Below, piece after piece: positions 41,724 through 55,895 of a stretch of 64,000 nt of DNA. The stretch comes from Proteromonas lacertae (Eukaryota): assembly GCA_002245135.1 (NCBI GenBank), contig NGBS01001160.1, positions 744,001 to 808,000 of the forward strand, given 5' to 3'. Within the stretch, counting starts at the first letter, position 1. The number at the start of each line of letters is the position of its first letter. The translations under genes were made by a program, and so were the position numbers. Under the pieces are notes generated by a model. That model saw nothing but the letters and a program-made list of their open reading frames with translations. It did not search any database and was not told where the DNA came from.

Positions 41724-42691
41724 CTATGATGCATATGAAAATAGATTAGATTTAGATTTCTTCTTCTTTTCTTTAGGTTTGACTTTTGTACTTACTTTTA
41801 ACGGTTGTGAATCCATTATCGATTTCTCTTTAACAATCTGAAAATTCTTACGCTTTAATACCCCCTTCAACAGCTTTACTCAATAAACTCTCCATTTTCT
41901 TAGTTTTGCTTTTATCTTCATTATCTAACAAAGGTCTTTTAGAAATCGGTATTGTTGGAACAACATGTGTTTTTAATTTCTTTGTTTCTGGCAATCCTGC
42001 TTCTTCATTCGACAATAAAGGAATAGACCAACCAATTTTCTCTTTTTCATTTTCCAATATTTTTCTTTTTCTCCTATCTTCTCTTAATGCATCTCTAGCC
42101 TTTCTATTTAACTTTGAGAAATCATCTTGTTGTTCACGGAGCTCCTATTAGCTTTTCTATTGTTGGAACATATTCTTGAGACTTGTTATAATCATCTTTA
42201 ACTTGTTCTAAAGCCATTATTCTATCATTTCTAAGTTGAAATTGTTTTTCTTGATCGATTTCTTCTGTTTCTGCTGAAGCTGCTTCATATTCTTTCATTT
42301 TTTTACGTATTCCACTTACATATTCGTATGTATTATTCTTTGGATCAGTTCTTATAACAAATATTTGTGGACAAAAGTGACATTTCATTTGAAACTCATA
42401 TATTGGAGTGCTCATATACACATCTACCTTTTTCTTTTGTGCATTATATCCTAGTACCTTGACCTATATGAATTCCGCAACCATCACACCATGAATCAAA
42501 CATTAACTCAAATCTAATCACAACTATACCTTCTCCTATTTTTCTAGCTCTACTTCCCAAAGCTCCATGACACTAAACAAATTATAAACAATAGAATATA
42601 CTTTTCTAAATTTATTTAAGCCACCTTTAGAAGGATCCCATTCTGGAGGGTAATAGAAGTTATCAGCTCTCGCTGCTGCTAAACTAGACAT
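41724..42691 (-). CDS. CCDC130: CWC16-family splicing factor CCDC130/YJU2B; three +1 shifts
   Basis: MSSLAAARADNFYYPP, IRFELMF..WC..C..HI..G.RYNA, TPIYEF.MKC..C, IRTDPKN..Y. Confidence 0.9.
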
Positions 42692-42747
42692 TTTAAAAAA
42701 GTGGTTAAAGAAAAAAGTTTCGTGAAACCAATTTTTATTTCATTTTC

Positions 42748-43902
42748 ATGTCTGAAGCTAAACAAGTAGCTACTCCGTTAAGAAGATCATCAAGGTATAT
42801 AATAATGATTTTACTAATAGATTACATGCTAAAAAAACTCCAATAAAGGTAATGCCAGTATCTAGCACTAAACGTGTTAGATCAACTGGTACTCCTTCAA
42901 AAAAGACTCCAGTAAGAAAAAGTAGAAGAATTGGAGTAAGACAAACTGTTAAAGTAGAAGATGATGATGAAAATGAAGAAGAGAATGAAGAAAAATTAAA
43001 ACAAATTGAGGAAGAAGATGATGAAGAAACAGATGATAGTCAATCAGAAAAAAATACAAAGACGATTAATGTTGAAGATGAAGAAGAAAATAAAAAAGAG
43101 GAAAGTGATGTTGAGGAAGAGGATAATAGTGATGCTAAGAAGGAAGATGATGAAATTGAAGAAGTAGAAGCTGAGAAACATGAAGTTGTAAAAGAAAATG
43201 ATGAAAGTGTAGAAGAAGAAGAAGAAGAAGAAGAATTAGAAACAGTGGAAGTAGAAGATGATGGAAATGATAATGAAAAAGATGAAGAAGACGAAGTTGA
43301 AGTAGAGGAAGAGGAAGAAGAAGATGATGAAAATAACAATAATAACGAAAAAGAAGAAGAAGAAGAAGAAGATGATGATGATGCTCCAGAATCAGTAAGT
43401 AATAAAGCATTACAAGAGAAAGCATTACAAATGAGCATAAACACAAAAACAACAAAGAAAAGGAATAGACGAAAGAATAATAAGAAAGAAATAGATGATT
43501 CAGAAAATGTAGATGAATTACCAGCATCACTATTAGAACAAATTACACAAATGTATATTGTAGTATATAATTTATTATTGAATAGTGAAAATAAAGCATT
43601 AGAAACAGCAATTCCAATACAAGAAAATAAGACAAATATACAAAATAAACACATTGACTTTACAAAACAAAAGTATATAAACAATTATATTTATTATTAT
43701 TTTTTTTATTAGAGAAGGTTTTAATTTAGTTTTATTACAAGGTCATGTGAAAGAAAATAGATTGAAAGGTTCTGGCACTGATAAAAATATAACTGAGTTT
43801 TTGAATAAACAATTTTATAAAAAGAATAGGGAAAAAGCTGGTACTGCTTTAAGTAAGAGGAATAATCACTCATTAGCGTTTAGAATGGTTAGTAATAAGT
43901 AA
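42748..43902 (+). CDS. Highly acidic protein, possibly NOL7/Bud21-like nucleolar factor
   Basis: Basic N-terminus, long Glu/Asp tract, DDAPESVS motif; family call is weak. Confidence 0.5.
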
Positions 43903-44092
43903 ATAAAACAATTTATTTTAATTTTTGGTTGTTATGTTTATTAATTTGTGTTGATTTATGTTAATCTGCTCTCTCTTATACTATTTTTCTATATATGAGT
44001 AATTTCAACACTAATTTTTCTAATGAAATAATTATTTATTCTTACATTTGCGATTGAGTTGAAAGAACTTCCTTCCATCAGTTTTTTAATAA

Positions 44093-46553
44093 ATGTTTGA
44101 AGATGTAGTTAGTTATTTCCTGTCAAAATATTTAGGTCAGTATGTAGAAAATATAAATCGAGAAGCAATAAGAGTTTCGCTGTGGAAAGGCGATATTGAA
44201 TTAGAAGATCTCGTATAGCTTTATATTAATTTTAGGTAATAAAATCTGATGCTCTAAATGATTTAAGACTACCCATTCAGGTAAAATGTGGTTATTTTGG
44301 TAAAATGAAGCTTCATTTCCCTTGGGGAGATATTACTAGTTCACCATCCATAATAGTGATTGAAGATATATATGCGCTTGTTGTTCCTAACAGAGAAATA
44401 CAATATGATGCATCGAAGGAATTAGAGAGAAATAGGGAGAGGAAAACAAAAAGAACTTAAAGTATCATATTCTACACATTGTTTTTGTTTAGGCAATAGA
44501 AGAACAAAACAATACAAAAACAGTTGAAGAAGGAGATAAAGGATTTATCGCTTGTCTTTTCACTAACATCCTTTCAAATCTAAAAATTACTATCAATAGA
44601 GTGCATGTAAGATATGAAGATACTACTTCTCATGTTGGTCATCCGTTTACTTGTGGTTTTGTCTTAGAATCGTTAGATTTATATAACACACCAACAACAA
44701 CAAATTTAGGTGAAACAATAGCATCGTTCTATTTTTGAGAAGATAATTAAAATAAATGGTTTTGGATTATACTTCAATTCTGATAATAATTTTCAAGTGA
44801 GACTCAATAAAAGCAATGAATTCAAAGAAGACATGTCTATCATATTCCAGTCATCTTTACAACCTGATAAATTTATTCCGCAATATATAATACAACCAAT
44901 ATTTGCTACATTGAATTTATTGTATAATGAGAAGACCCGAAATCAGAAACTAATGACACCGAAAGAATTAATATCAATGGCATGTATAGAATTACGTTGG
45001 GATGAAAATGACACATTAATATCCAGATTATCAACTGAATGGATAAAATCAGCAACTGCCAATAAAGATAATGTGGAAAATATTTTACAGAATTATCAAT
45101 TATTATTACAGAAATATAATAATATTGATATTGAAAAGTATGTATACATTTAGTTTTTATAATTATATAGAGCAATTTTACTTCATAATACTGCCATTAA
45201 ATACAATCAAGAAAGCAGTCCAATATGTACAATTAACTTCGTATTACCAGATGTTACAATCTCTATTAATAAGAATCAATATAATTCAACAATAGCCTTT
45301 CTCAGTCAAATATCCAATAATCGAAAAATAGCGAAATATAGACAGTTTAAACCCAATAACAAAGAAAAAATGAAACTGTGGTGGCAATATGCTTGTAATT
45401 GTATTGTATTTGATATAAGAGAAAGTAAGAAAGTAGATACTTGGACTAAAACAATTGAGAAATTAAAATATCAGCATTATTATATATATTTATATAAATT
45501 GAAATTAGTACGTTTTTTATATTATTATTATTATATTAATATAGAAATATATAGCTGACTGTATGCCAGTTCCATCAGAGATAATGACAAGATTAATAGA
45601 TGTAGAAACTGAATTAACAATTCCAGAGATTTTATTCTTTAGAAAGACAGGTGAATATGAATATAATAAAGAGAATAATAAAATAAAAGAGGATAGTGTA
45701 AGAAAAGAAGGAGAAGAAGAAGAAGAAAATGATGCAAAACCAAAGCAAGTATTCTCATATATGTATTTATTTTATTATTATTAGTCCCAATCATATTTGT
45801 CATGGTTATTTTCAAGAGGTCCATCACCATCTCCATCCTCAACTGAATGGAAACAAATTGATCCTGAGGAATTATATGAATCAATACACTACAATCCAAA
45901 TGAGAAAAGTCCTTGGGAAATGGCTAAAGAGAATGATATAATGACATTACTGCGATTTTCATTACAGTCATTTCATATTAATCTATTAGATCAATCGAAT
46001 AAGACAATCATGCAGATTAATTGCTCAAATTATTTGTTTGATGTTATATTTAGAAAGCATCATTTAGATGTATTTACTTCTTTGAATTATTATAATGTTA
46101 TTGATCCAATGAATATTGAGAACTATCCATCTATAATGTGTCCTACATCAACTACATTTAAAGGATTGTTTTTAAATAGTTATTTTAATATTCCAATTCC
46201 ATTTGAAAAGAATACTATCATTACATTGAAAATGCAGTATATATATATATTACTATTATTTATTTATCTATTTATAGAACTGAACCAATTCAGGTTATAT
46301 TTGACTTACCATTGTTATACAAAATTATAGAATTCTTTTCACCTGAAAAATCAATATCCTATGAAACTATTGAAAGTACAATTATGAATTCTTTAAATGT
46401 GATAAAACAAATATCATCCAATTCAGTATATTTCTATTTTATTATTATTATCATTATTTAATAGATATCTCAAGTAGTTGATAATCATTTTGGTTGGAAT
46501 TTGGATGTTACTATCAAGTCATGCAGATTACTTATTCCTCCAGTATATTTGTG

Positions 46554-46585
<32 letters not shown>

Positions 46586-49500
46586 GACAATGTTAGTTTC
46601 AGAAACATCATCTACTAATCAATATATTTGTTCCTTAGAGAATATAAAGATCATATCCAACCCAAAGAATCTTCCTGACATAATTCCAACAGATGAGAAA
46701 TCACTTGATTTATATGATGAGTTTATTGTTAATATAAACAATATTTCAACTGAGTTTTATTCACAAACTGAACTATATGATGTATATATTGCAGTTACTA
46801 ATGATGTATTTAATAGATCAAAAGAAATAAGAATAAAATGATATATCCATTCAATATCATGTTTAAATATAATCATTTAATGATTCCTGATTTACCACAG
46901 TTTCCTACTCATATCTTAGAAACTGAATTATCACCATGTATGATTGATGTTAACTCTTCTGATTATTTCTCAATTCTAAACCTAATAACTCATGTTATTA
47001 ATTATCACATATTATTCCAATCAAAACATAATAACAACAACAAAGTATCTAGACAAAATGAGTTAGAGAATATTCATAACTTAGCGAAACCTGATTTGAT
47101 ATTGTCATTTCAATGTAATTTGTGTCATAATAGATTCGCAAGCAAACCATCCTTAAAAAGTCATATATGGAGAATTCACAATGTTGATATTCATAATAGA
47201 AAGTTGATTAATTTATATATTAATAAAAGTAAAACTAAAACAGATAAATTGAATGATATTGAAGATAATAAAGATGAAAAGAATTCATTAAAGCAATTTC
47301 AAAATAAAATCAATATTCTTATCTCACCTGAATATTTCGAGATGTATCAAAATAAAGTAATATTAGAAAGTAGTTTAAAATGGAGTGAAATGAAGTTTAA
47401 TATATGCAAAGAAGAACAGAAATTATATACAATAATATTGAATAATTTTGTTGGTAGAATTGAAGCTAGGAAGTTTGATTTTACATTTGATACAGATCTT
47501 CATTCATTGGACATTATTGATAATTATAGAATGAATATATCAAATGTATATTATAATTTGTTAGTTTTATAATAAATAGAGTTCTGAACCTTTGTATATT
47601 ATTCAATCAACAGATACTTATAGAATCAAAATAAGTCATTGTGAAATTGGTTCTGCTAATTACTCAGAAGAAAATGAGAATGTATTAATACAAACTCAAT
47701 TAGGATGTATATCAATGTATTTGAATAAAGCAATATTCAGTAATATAAGAGAGTTATTCTTAACATCTGAAAATGAATATAGAGAAGGAAGAAACTCAAC
47801 TTTATCATCAAATGATTTATTACCTCCTCCACCATCACAACAACAACAGCAACAAATAGAACAAACAGAAGAAATAAGAGAAGATAAAACAATAGCAGAA
47901 CAAGATAAAAGTCAAACCAAACCCAAATTATCATTCAAATTCAGTTATTCATTAGAATCTTTATCATTATATTGTCAATCATCCAAAATAGCTAATAAGA
48001 ATCTTTGTTTATTAACAATACATCAACCGATATTGGATTTTAAGACAGCTGAATATGGTTTTGTTATTAGTGGATCTTTACAATCAATCCTTTTGTATGA
48101 TTTGAGAAAGAAATCTGAAAATCCATTGATTGAGATGGGAACTGAAGATTCTGTGACATTTATAACTTATACTATTAAAATATATGAGAATAAAAGTAGT
48201 AAGAATTATCCTGGCTATCCTACTGATATAGATATACAACTGAATAATATCAAATTCATTTGTGATTTTCCATTCATTTACTTTATTTATAGATATATAA
48301 TGGAGATTGTGAATATATTCAAGAATAATAATTCCATTGAAGTGACAGAAGATGATGATGAAGAAGATGATGAAAGAAAAACAAAACTAGAAAAAACAAA
48401 GAAAGTTCCAGAAAAGAAAGCAAAGAAAGAATTTTCTCATTTAAATGTATCTCTTTCAAAAATCAAATTCATTTTACCAGAGAATGAAAATACAATAGAA
48501 TCATCTTATATAGAGTCAAATATAGAATCAATTAGAGTATATAATAAGATTGATAATCCAAATAAAGGATTATTCAAACAATTAGCAAGAGTAATAATAG
48601 AAACAAATAATATAAACTCTTGTACATATTCATTAAATAAGAATGAAATTAATCAGCATTTAATACTGAACAATTACTCATACACTGCTGAATTGACATT
48701 CAATGATAATATTTATATCAATTTAAACATAACGGATATAATTCTTACAATTGATCCAATTCAAATCAACTTCTTATTCAATATGTATGATAAGAATTTA
48801 ACTTATTTCTTTCAAATCTTTTCAGATCCAAGTAAGAAAGAAGAATTGATTGGTATTGAGAATATGAATGCTTCTTTTAGAAGATCAATTGCTGAAAGTA
48901 GTGATAGTCAATCATCTTTATTAACTACAACATCACAACATTCTCAATCATCACCTTCACCTCCATCTTCGCCAGATTTTACATCTCAGTCATTACCTAC
49001 ATCATTAGATAAACCATTGCATTGTAGAACAATATCATTTACTGTTGTAATTAATAAAATATCATTAGATATTTATAGAACTACTAATGTTTATTTATAT
49101 TCTACAATTAACAGTAAAAACAACTCAGAACCATTGTGTAGATTTGTTATTGATAATTTCTTAATGGTATTTGAATATTATAAAGGAATATTTAACTTCT
49201 ATTTTCAAGTAAATTCATTGAAATGTATTGATATACGAAATAATACAAATGATATTGTAGAACCAGCTAAAACAATCATTTCCTTTGGATATCAACAGAA
49301 TAATGCTTTAATTTTAATATTAAAGAAGAAAAAAAACTACTTTGATATTGATTTCACTGTTAATGATATTCAGCTTTGTCCAACTGTCATTGTATTTGAC
49401 ATTATTAAATGGATTAAAGTGGATATTCCAATCATTTCAAAAAACAGTCAATCAACTCCATCAAATAAGATATATAACATAAATTACCATATCAACAACA

Positions 49501-52500
49501 GTATGTTGTATATTATTGCAGATACACACATGCAGAATAGTAAAGCATTTAGATTATGTTTTAGTTTGATTGGTAATTCAAATCCTAATCAAAATATCTA
49601 TAAAGAAAGTGAATATATATTCTTTTGTCATTATGCCAAGATTGAGACTATAAATTTGGATCAGTCGTATTATATTATATCACCTGTAGAGATAAAGATA
49701 AAAACATCCAATAATTTGATAGATAATGAATCATTATGGACAATTACCTTTGAAAAACTGTTAAAATTAACCTTATCCTATAATAATATTATTCAATTGA
49801 AGAATATCATTGATAATATATTGTCATTGTATAGTGATTATGTCAGTTCACTTCAACAATTCATTATCAATCCAAACCAAAAGCTTGACCAAAATGAATG
49901 TGAATTTGAATGATGGTTTGAGTCTAGATCTGATCCATCGTCAAAATCAAAAAGAAATTATTCCACTGTTCCAATTTGCATTTAGTGATGTAAGTGTTAA
50001 AATTGAACAATTTAGTAGTTATTTAATTGAATATAATCTATCAGCATCTTATTATAACCAATCATTGTCAATTTTTGAGCCAATGATAGAGAATTTCAAA
50101 TCAATAATAAAATATAATATAGTAACAGAAAATGGAACTAAATATTACGATTTCATATTGACCTCTTTGAAAACATTAAATATCAACATTACAATTGGTT
50201 TAGCTTATACGTTGACTATATTCTATGATACAATTAAAAACAATCCAAATCAAAGCTTGAATCTAAATCATACAGAAATAATAATTCAGAATTATATGGA
50301 TTATCCAATTGAAATATTTGTTCCAAATCCAATGTTTAATAAAGAAGAAATGATATTGAAAGATGTGGAAATAACATCATTAACATGTATAACAATAAAT
50401 AAATATATAAATGGATATATTCAATATAATATAAAGAATAAAGAGTTTATAATTAAAAGCCATTCAAATCATGAAATAACTACACTTATTGGAATTAAAC
50501 CAGAAATATATGAGAATATAAAAAATTCAATAGTCGTCTATGATAAAACAAATAAAAAGACAAAATATTTAATTAGTTTCCTATCTGAAGTTGATTTTAC
50601 TGTTTATAAGAATTATATTGTTATAAATCCTAATAATAATAACATATCACCAATTCTTACACCTCAATCAATGGATGATTCTGATTCATTAGATAGTTCA
50701 TTTCATCAAGTAGAAAGTGATCACTCAATAATGATAGAACCATGTGATGAATATGAGATAAATAACTCAATATTTTATAATTACAATATCAATAATAACA
50801 ATAAACGAAGTAGTAATATAATTAGATTTAGAATAGCTGATGAAGATTTGAAGAATATAAATATAGATAAATGTGGATTTAGTTTTTACAATATCTATAT
50901 AAACCAATCACATAATATTATATTAGACACAAATATCAAAGATAAAGTGAAATATGTTGTATTTCGACCATTATTGGAAATATCCAATCAATTAAACACT
51001 ATTATTTCAATTATCTGTGATGATGATTCAGGTATTGAGCCATTTACTAAAACAATTGATATTAATGAATCAACCTACATTCCTGACAGTTATATAAGTA
51101 ATGGAACAATTCAGTTGATAACTGGATATGGTGATACAAATTTAAAGATAAATAATATTATAGGAAGTGAAGATGTTAATAAAGCGAAGAATGTTGTTAG
51201 ATGTATTCCATTATACAATAATAAATACAAAATCAGTAGTTATATAGTATTAAATTCAATAGTAACACACAATCCAAGTAAATACAACCAAAATACACTT
51301 ATCACATTATTAAAGTTTGAAATATATCCACAGTTTTCAATTCATAACAATTTATTGTATAATATTCATTATATATTATATGATGGTGATAATAAAGTAT
51401 TAGTATCAAGAGAGCTAAACTCAAATGTTGAAGAATCAGTAATGTTACCGTTGGATATATCCGTTATGAATTGTAATTTAGCTGTTATAAGAAGTGATTG
51501 TTTTGTCCAATCAGAAAGAATTCATGATGAAACTAATCTATTTATATTATATCCAGATGTTGGTAGAATAAAAATAACTAATTATTCAACCATCAACAAT
51601 TATATTTCTTATACAGTAGAAGAAACAAATCATTGCACTTATATATTACACATTTATAACGATATTATTTTCATTAATAACAGTGGAATTGATTTATGGT
51701 GTGCTATAGCCAGTAATCCAGCAGATACAGAAATATTGAGTTTACCAACAAACAAATTTGTAATAAAAACAAAAGAAGAAGATGAAGAAGACAATAACTC
51801 CAGTGAAGATGATAATAACAATGATATAAACAATAATAATATTGATCACAAAATAGCATTCAGTTTTCCAATCAATTATAATAGTAGTAATATCATTGGT
51901 AGTTATGAAAATAAGCTATATTTTGCTGTTAATCCAACGATGCATAAATGGTCATATGAATATTCCTGTCAAACCATTGGTGTTGCTTATTATGATATAG
52001 TGATAGATGGAAATACATATGAACAATTAATATTAATCAATAAATACTATAAACAACAGTTTAAATATAGTTACGTATTAGAAATCAAATCAAAGTATTA
52101 CATATACAATTTATCCAATGAAGTATTAACATTTAAACAATACAACTCCAAACAAAAACCGATTATCATTGAACCACATGATAATAAACCTTTCAATTGG
52201 TTAGAGAATGATATTGTTCACTTCATTCAATTCAAACCATTAATCAAACATAGAGACTTTAATTGGACTGAAAAGATGAGAATGTATACTTCATCACTTC
52301 CTATCTGTGTATCTTCAAGAGATGAAACTGAAGATTTATATTTTAATATTTCAAGAACAAGATTCAAATATTCACAAATATTCATAGTAGAACCATTAGA
52401 ATTATCAAAATCAAATTATAAGATAATAAACAATACAATGAATTTCTATATTCAAGTATATCAAGTAGAATGTGGTTATTTACATACTTATAACATTTTA

Positions 52501-55500
52501 CCATTAGAGAGTCAAGGAATATCGCTTATAAATCCATTAAAAGATTCTTTTGTATTGACATTTATACCTTATATCATTGAAGATAATAATATTCAATTGA
52601 ATAACTATACAAAAGGTCATTCAGTGAGTATTTTAATATCGTTGAGTGAGATGAAAGATAAAATCACTATACACTTCAGTGGATTTGATATAAACATAAC
52701 TAAAGAGAATGAAAATGTGAATATAAACAACAGAATATTAGTTATTACTGATAATTACTTAGAAAAGTATGCTATTAGCATTTCAAAATATATTTTCAGT
52801 TTGTATAAGTTTAACTCTATTTACAGAGAGAATTTAAACAATTTAAAAATAGATGAAAGTAATGATACATGTGATTATATTCTATTTCATATATTATACA
52901 CTTATGGATTAATAGATTCATCATCCTATTATGAGTTAAATATAAAATCAGAATATGAAATGAAAACTGTAACAACCAAATATAAAAAATTGAATCCTAC
53001 ATTTGACAATATAATAATATTAACTCTAGCTGATAAATTTACCTTTTCATTATTTAGAAAATCAGATTTCAGTAAAGATTTGCTAGGTTCATCAACACTT
53101 GAAACAGGAATATTAACAACCTTTGAATGTGAAAATAGACTTATCAAGCTTTCCTCAAACATAGCTGTAGAAATGAATATTGTGAAAGCTGGTACAAAGA
53201 AAGAATGTGAAGATCTGTTAATGAAGTATTATTATAAAAGGAACTTGGATTATATCAACCATAATATATTAATCAGTAATGATTTAACGTTTAGTAACAA
53301 TTGTATAAATAAGAAAGATTTAACAATGAAAGTGAAAATAGAGAAATGTAATATTCATGGTAATTACAGAGGTATTTACATTGTGCTTGTAACAGATAGA
53401 AATACAGTAGTATCCACTAATCCGTTTTATTTAGAAAGTGATGATTATGTGATTGATAATATTTATGATAATATGGAGCAAAAGGAAATGCTTATTCATA
53501 TTGAGAATAGTGGTTCTATTGCTATTGAATATATCAATGATAACTATTATTTGACTGTTATTTCTATTGAGTATAGGAATTTATATAGAAGGAATTTGAT
53601 TGGAAGTCAAGTTTTGGAAATTAACAAGAAACCTGTTGGATTGTATAAAAATTCTGATATCCAAAGATTATTGAGTTATAATATCAATTTAACGTTGTTA
53701 TTAATACCTAATGAGAATTCTTTCAGTGATTCAATAGAAATTAATGAAATTCATATAATAGAACCACAAATACAGCACAATACGTATTATAAATTATTTA
53801 TCTATGGTATTCCATTTATGAGAAAAGAAGCTAGATTGACTGGTAGGTATTTGAATATAAACGGTGATATAGAATCAACCTCATTACAGAATTTAGGTCA
53901 AAAATCAATCTACGATGTACTGATATGTGGAAAAGAAGTGAAATATAACACAAACGTGAGTTCTTATGACATTTTGTTAGATTGTTTAGAAAATATATCC
54001 GTTACATTGTCATTTCAATATGACACAAACCAATCAAATATCTTAAATACAGTGAAGAATTATAACATCAGTATAAATGAATTAGGAATTAGTTTTATAT
54101 CCCATGAAGGTATTGATATATTGTATTATGATATTAACCATCTGAATTTCTTATATCAGTCTAATTCAAAAACTGGTTATATGGTAGAATTCAGTGCAAA
54201 TACATTTCAAATTGATAATAAAAATATCAATACAATATATCCAATCTTGTTATTCCCAAATCGTAAGAAAGAAGATGAAAATCATCAAAATGCGTTTTAT
54301 GTTGATATTAAAGGAAACAAAGGAAATACATTTGATTTCATTCACATATACTTAGAGCCATGTGTAATGAAAATGCATTCTAATTTATTAGCAATATTGA
54401 ATAAACAATACCAATTATTCTCATCTTACATTTCATATACAACCAATCAAAAACCAGAAACAATACAATCATATGTTGTATTAGATTTAGAATCAGAAAG
54501 AAAAGATAAAATATTTATTAATAATCTAATAATATCAGAATTAAGTACAGAATTAACGTTTTCAGTTAATCCAGAAACTTTGGCTGATTTGATTCATCAA
54601 TATCAAGATTTATTATTGTATATTTAATATTTAATATTATTATTATTATATATTTAAATAGGAATTTCAGTTGGATAGCTGATGTAGATCAAACATTATT
54701 AGAAATCGATGGATATGAAATGAAAGAATCAATCACCTCTTATCGATTATTATTTGAAGATTTAAAGCATTATTATAAATCAAGTATTTACAATACATTA
54801 AGTGCAACAATATTATTAGACAAGTTAGGAAATCCAATTGGTTTTGTTCGATCTATAGGCACTGCAGCAATGAGAATATTTGAAGGTGATCCTGGTGATT
54901 TTGGTGATAGATTAATCAGTAATACAAAATCATTAGCACAAACAGCAGGTGAAGGAATATTACATAGTGCTGGAAGAATAACGACAACATTAGGATCAAT
55001 ATCCAAAGCAATATCAATGGATAATTCAAAATCACAACAACATAGTTATACTAGTCATAATATAGAATCTGGTTTAAGAAATGGTTTTGATTCACTTATT
55101 TCAGGTGTTATAAAAGGAGCAACTGGAATAATCAAAGATCCAATCAAAGGATTTAAAGAGAATGGCACAAAAGGGTTAATGAAAGGATTAGCGACAGGTG
55201 TAGCAGGTGTTGTAGCAAGACCAATATCTGGTGTATTTGATGGTGCAACTCATACAATAACAGGTGTTAAAAACACAATATTCAAGAGATATGAACCACA
55301 ACCAATAAGATTGGCAAGATATTTTGATTCTACTGGTATTGTATATCCTTACAATGAAAGAGATGCTTTAGCCAATTATTTGATTAACATACATCATTTA
55401 ACAAGAGATATTTATTTGTATATATAATGATTATTGTATTTTATATAGATGGTGTACTTATTATAATTCAAATAAATCCATCTTATACATTTCTACAAGC

Positions 55501-55789
55501 TATTTAACTTCATTCAATAGTAAAACTCATGAAATGGAATGGATTGAAGATTTCAATAGTATTACCTATCGATTTTCACCATATATGCTTGAAATATATG
55601 TATAAATTATGTTTTATATTTAATTAGCATGATCAGATTAAAATCGGCTGTTTATTTGAAGATGACACTCAAATATTATTCTTAATAGAATTATTACCAA
55701 GAATACAAGCTTCTTCGTTAAAAACTATAGATGATACAATCAATTTGAGAGAATGGATTCATAACCATTCTCCATCACTCAGTGATTAA
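44093..55789 (+). CDS. VPS13: VPS13-family bridge-like lipid transfer protein
   Basis: Chorein_N MFEDVVSYFLSKYLGQYVEN..SLWKGDIEL, RVHVRYED, WWQYA, FEPMIE, LGNPIG, GATGIIKDPIKG..GVAGVVARPISG; many short introns and four frameshifts. Confidence 0.92.
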
Positions 55790-55895
55790 GTCAAAAATAT
55801 TAAAAATGATGATATTATTATTATTTTATTATGATATTTTCATTTTTTCACCAAAATACACAATTAAAGTATTAAATATACAGTATAGAACAAAT

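Noticed and set aside
43040..43684. Antisense Ser/Leu/His-rich ORFs (also 8865-9335 and 29977-30375)
   Set aside because: Shadows of Glu/Asp-rich or low-complexity sense coding.
44462..44492. GTATCAT-starting introns (also near 26669-26699) as U12-type
   Set aside because: Ordinary 31-nt GT-AG introns with no extended donor match or clear branch motif.
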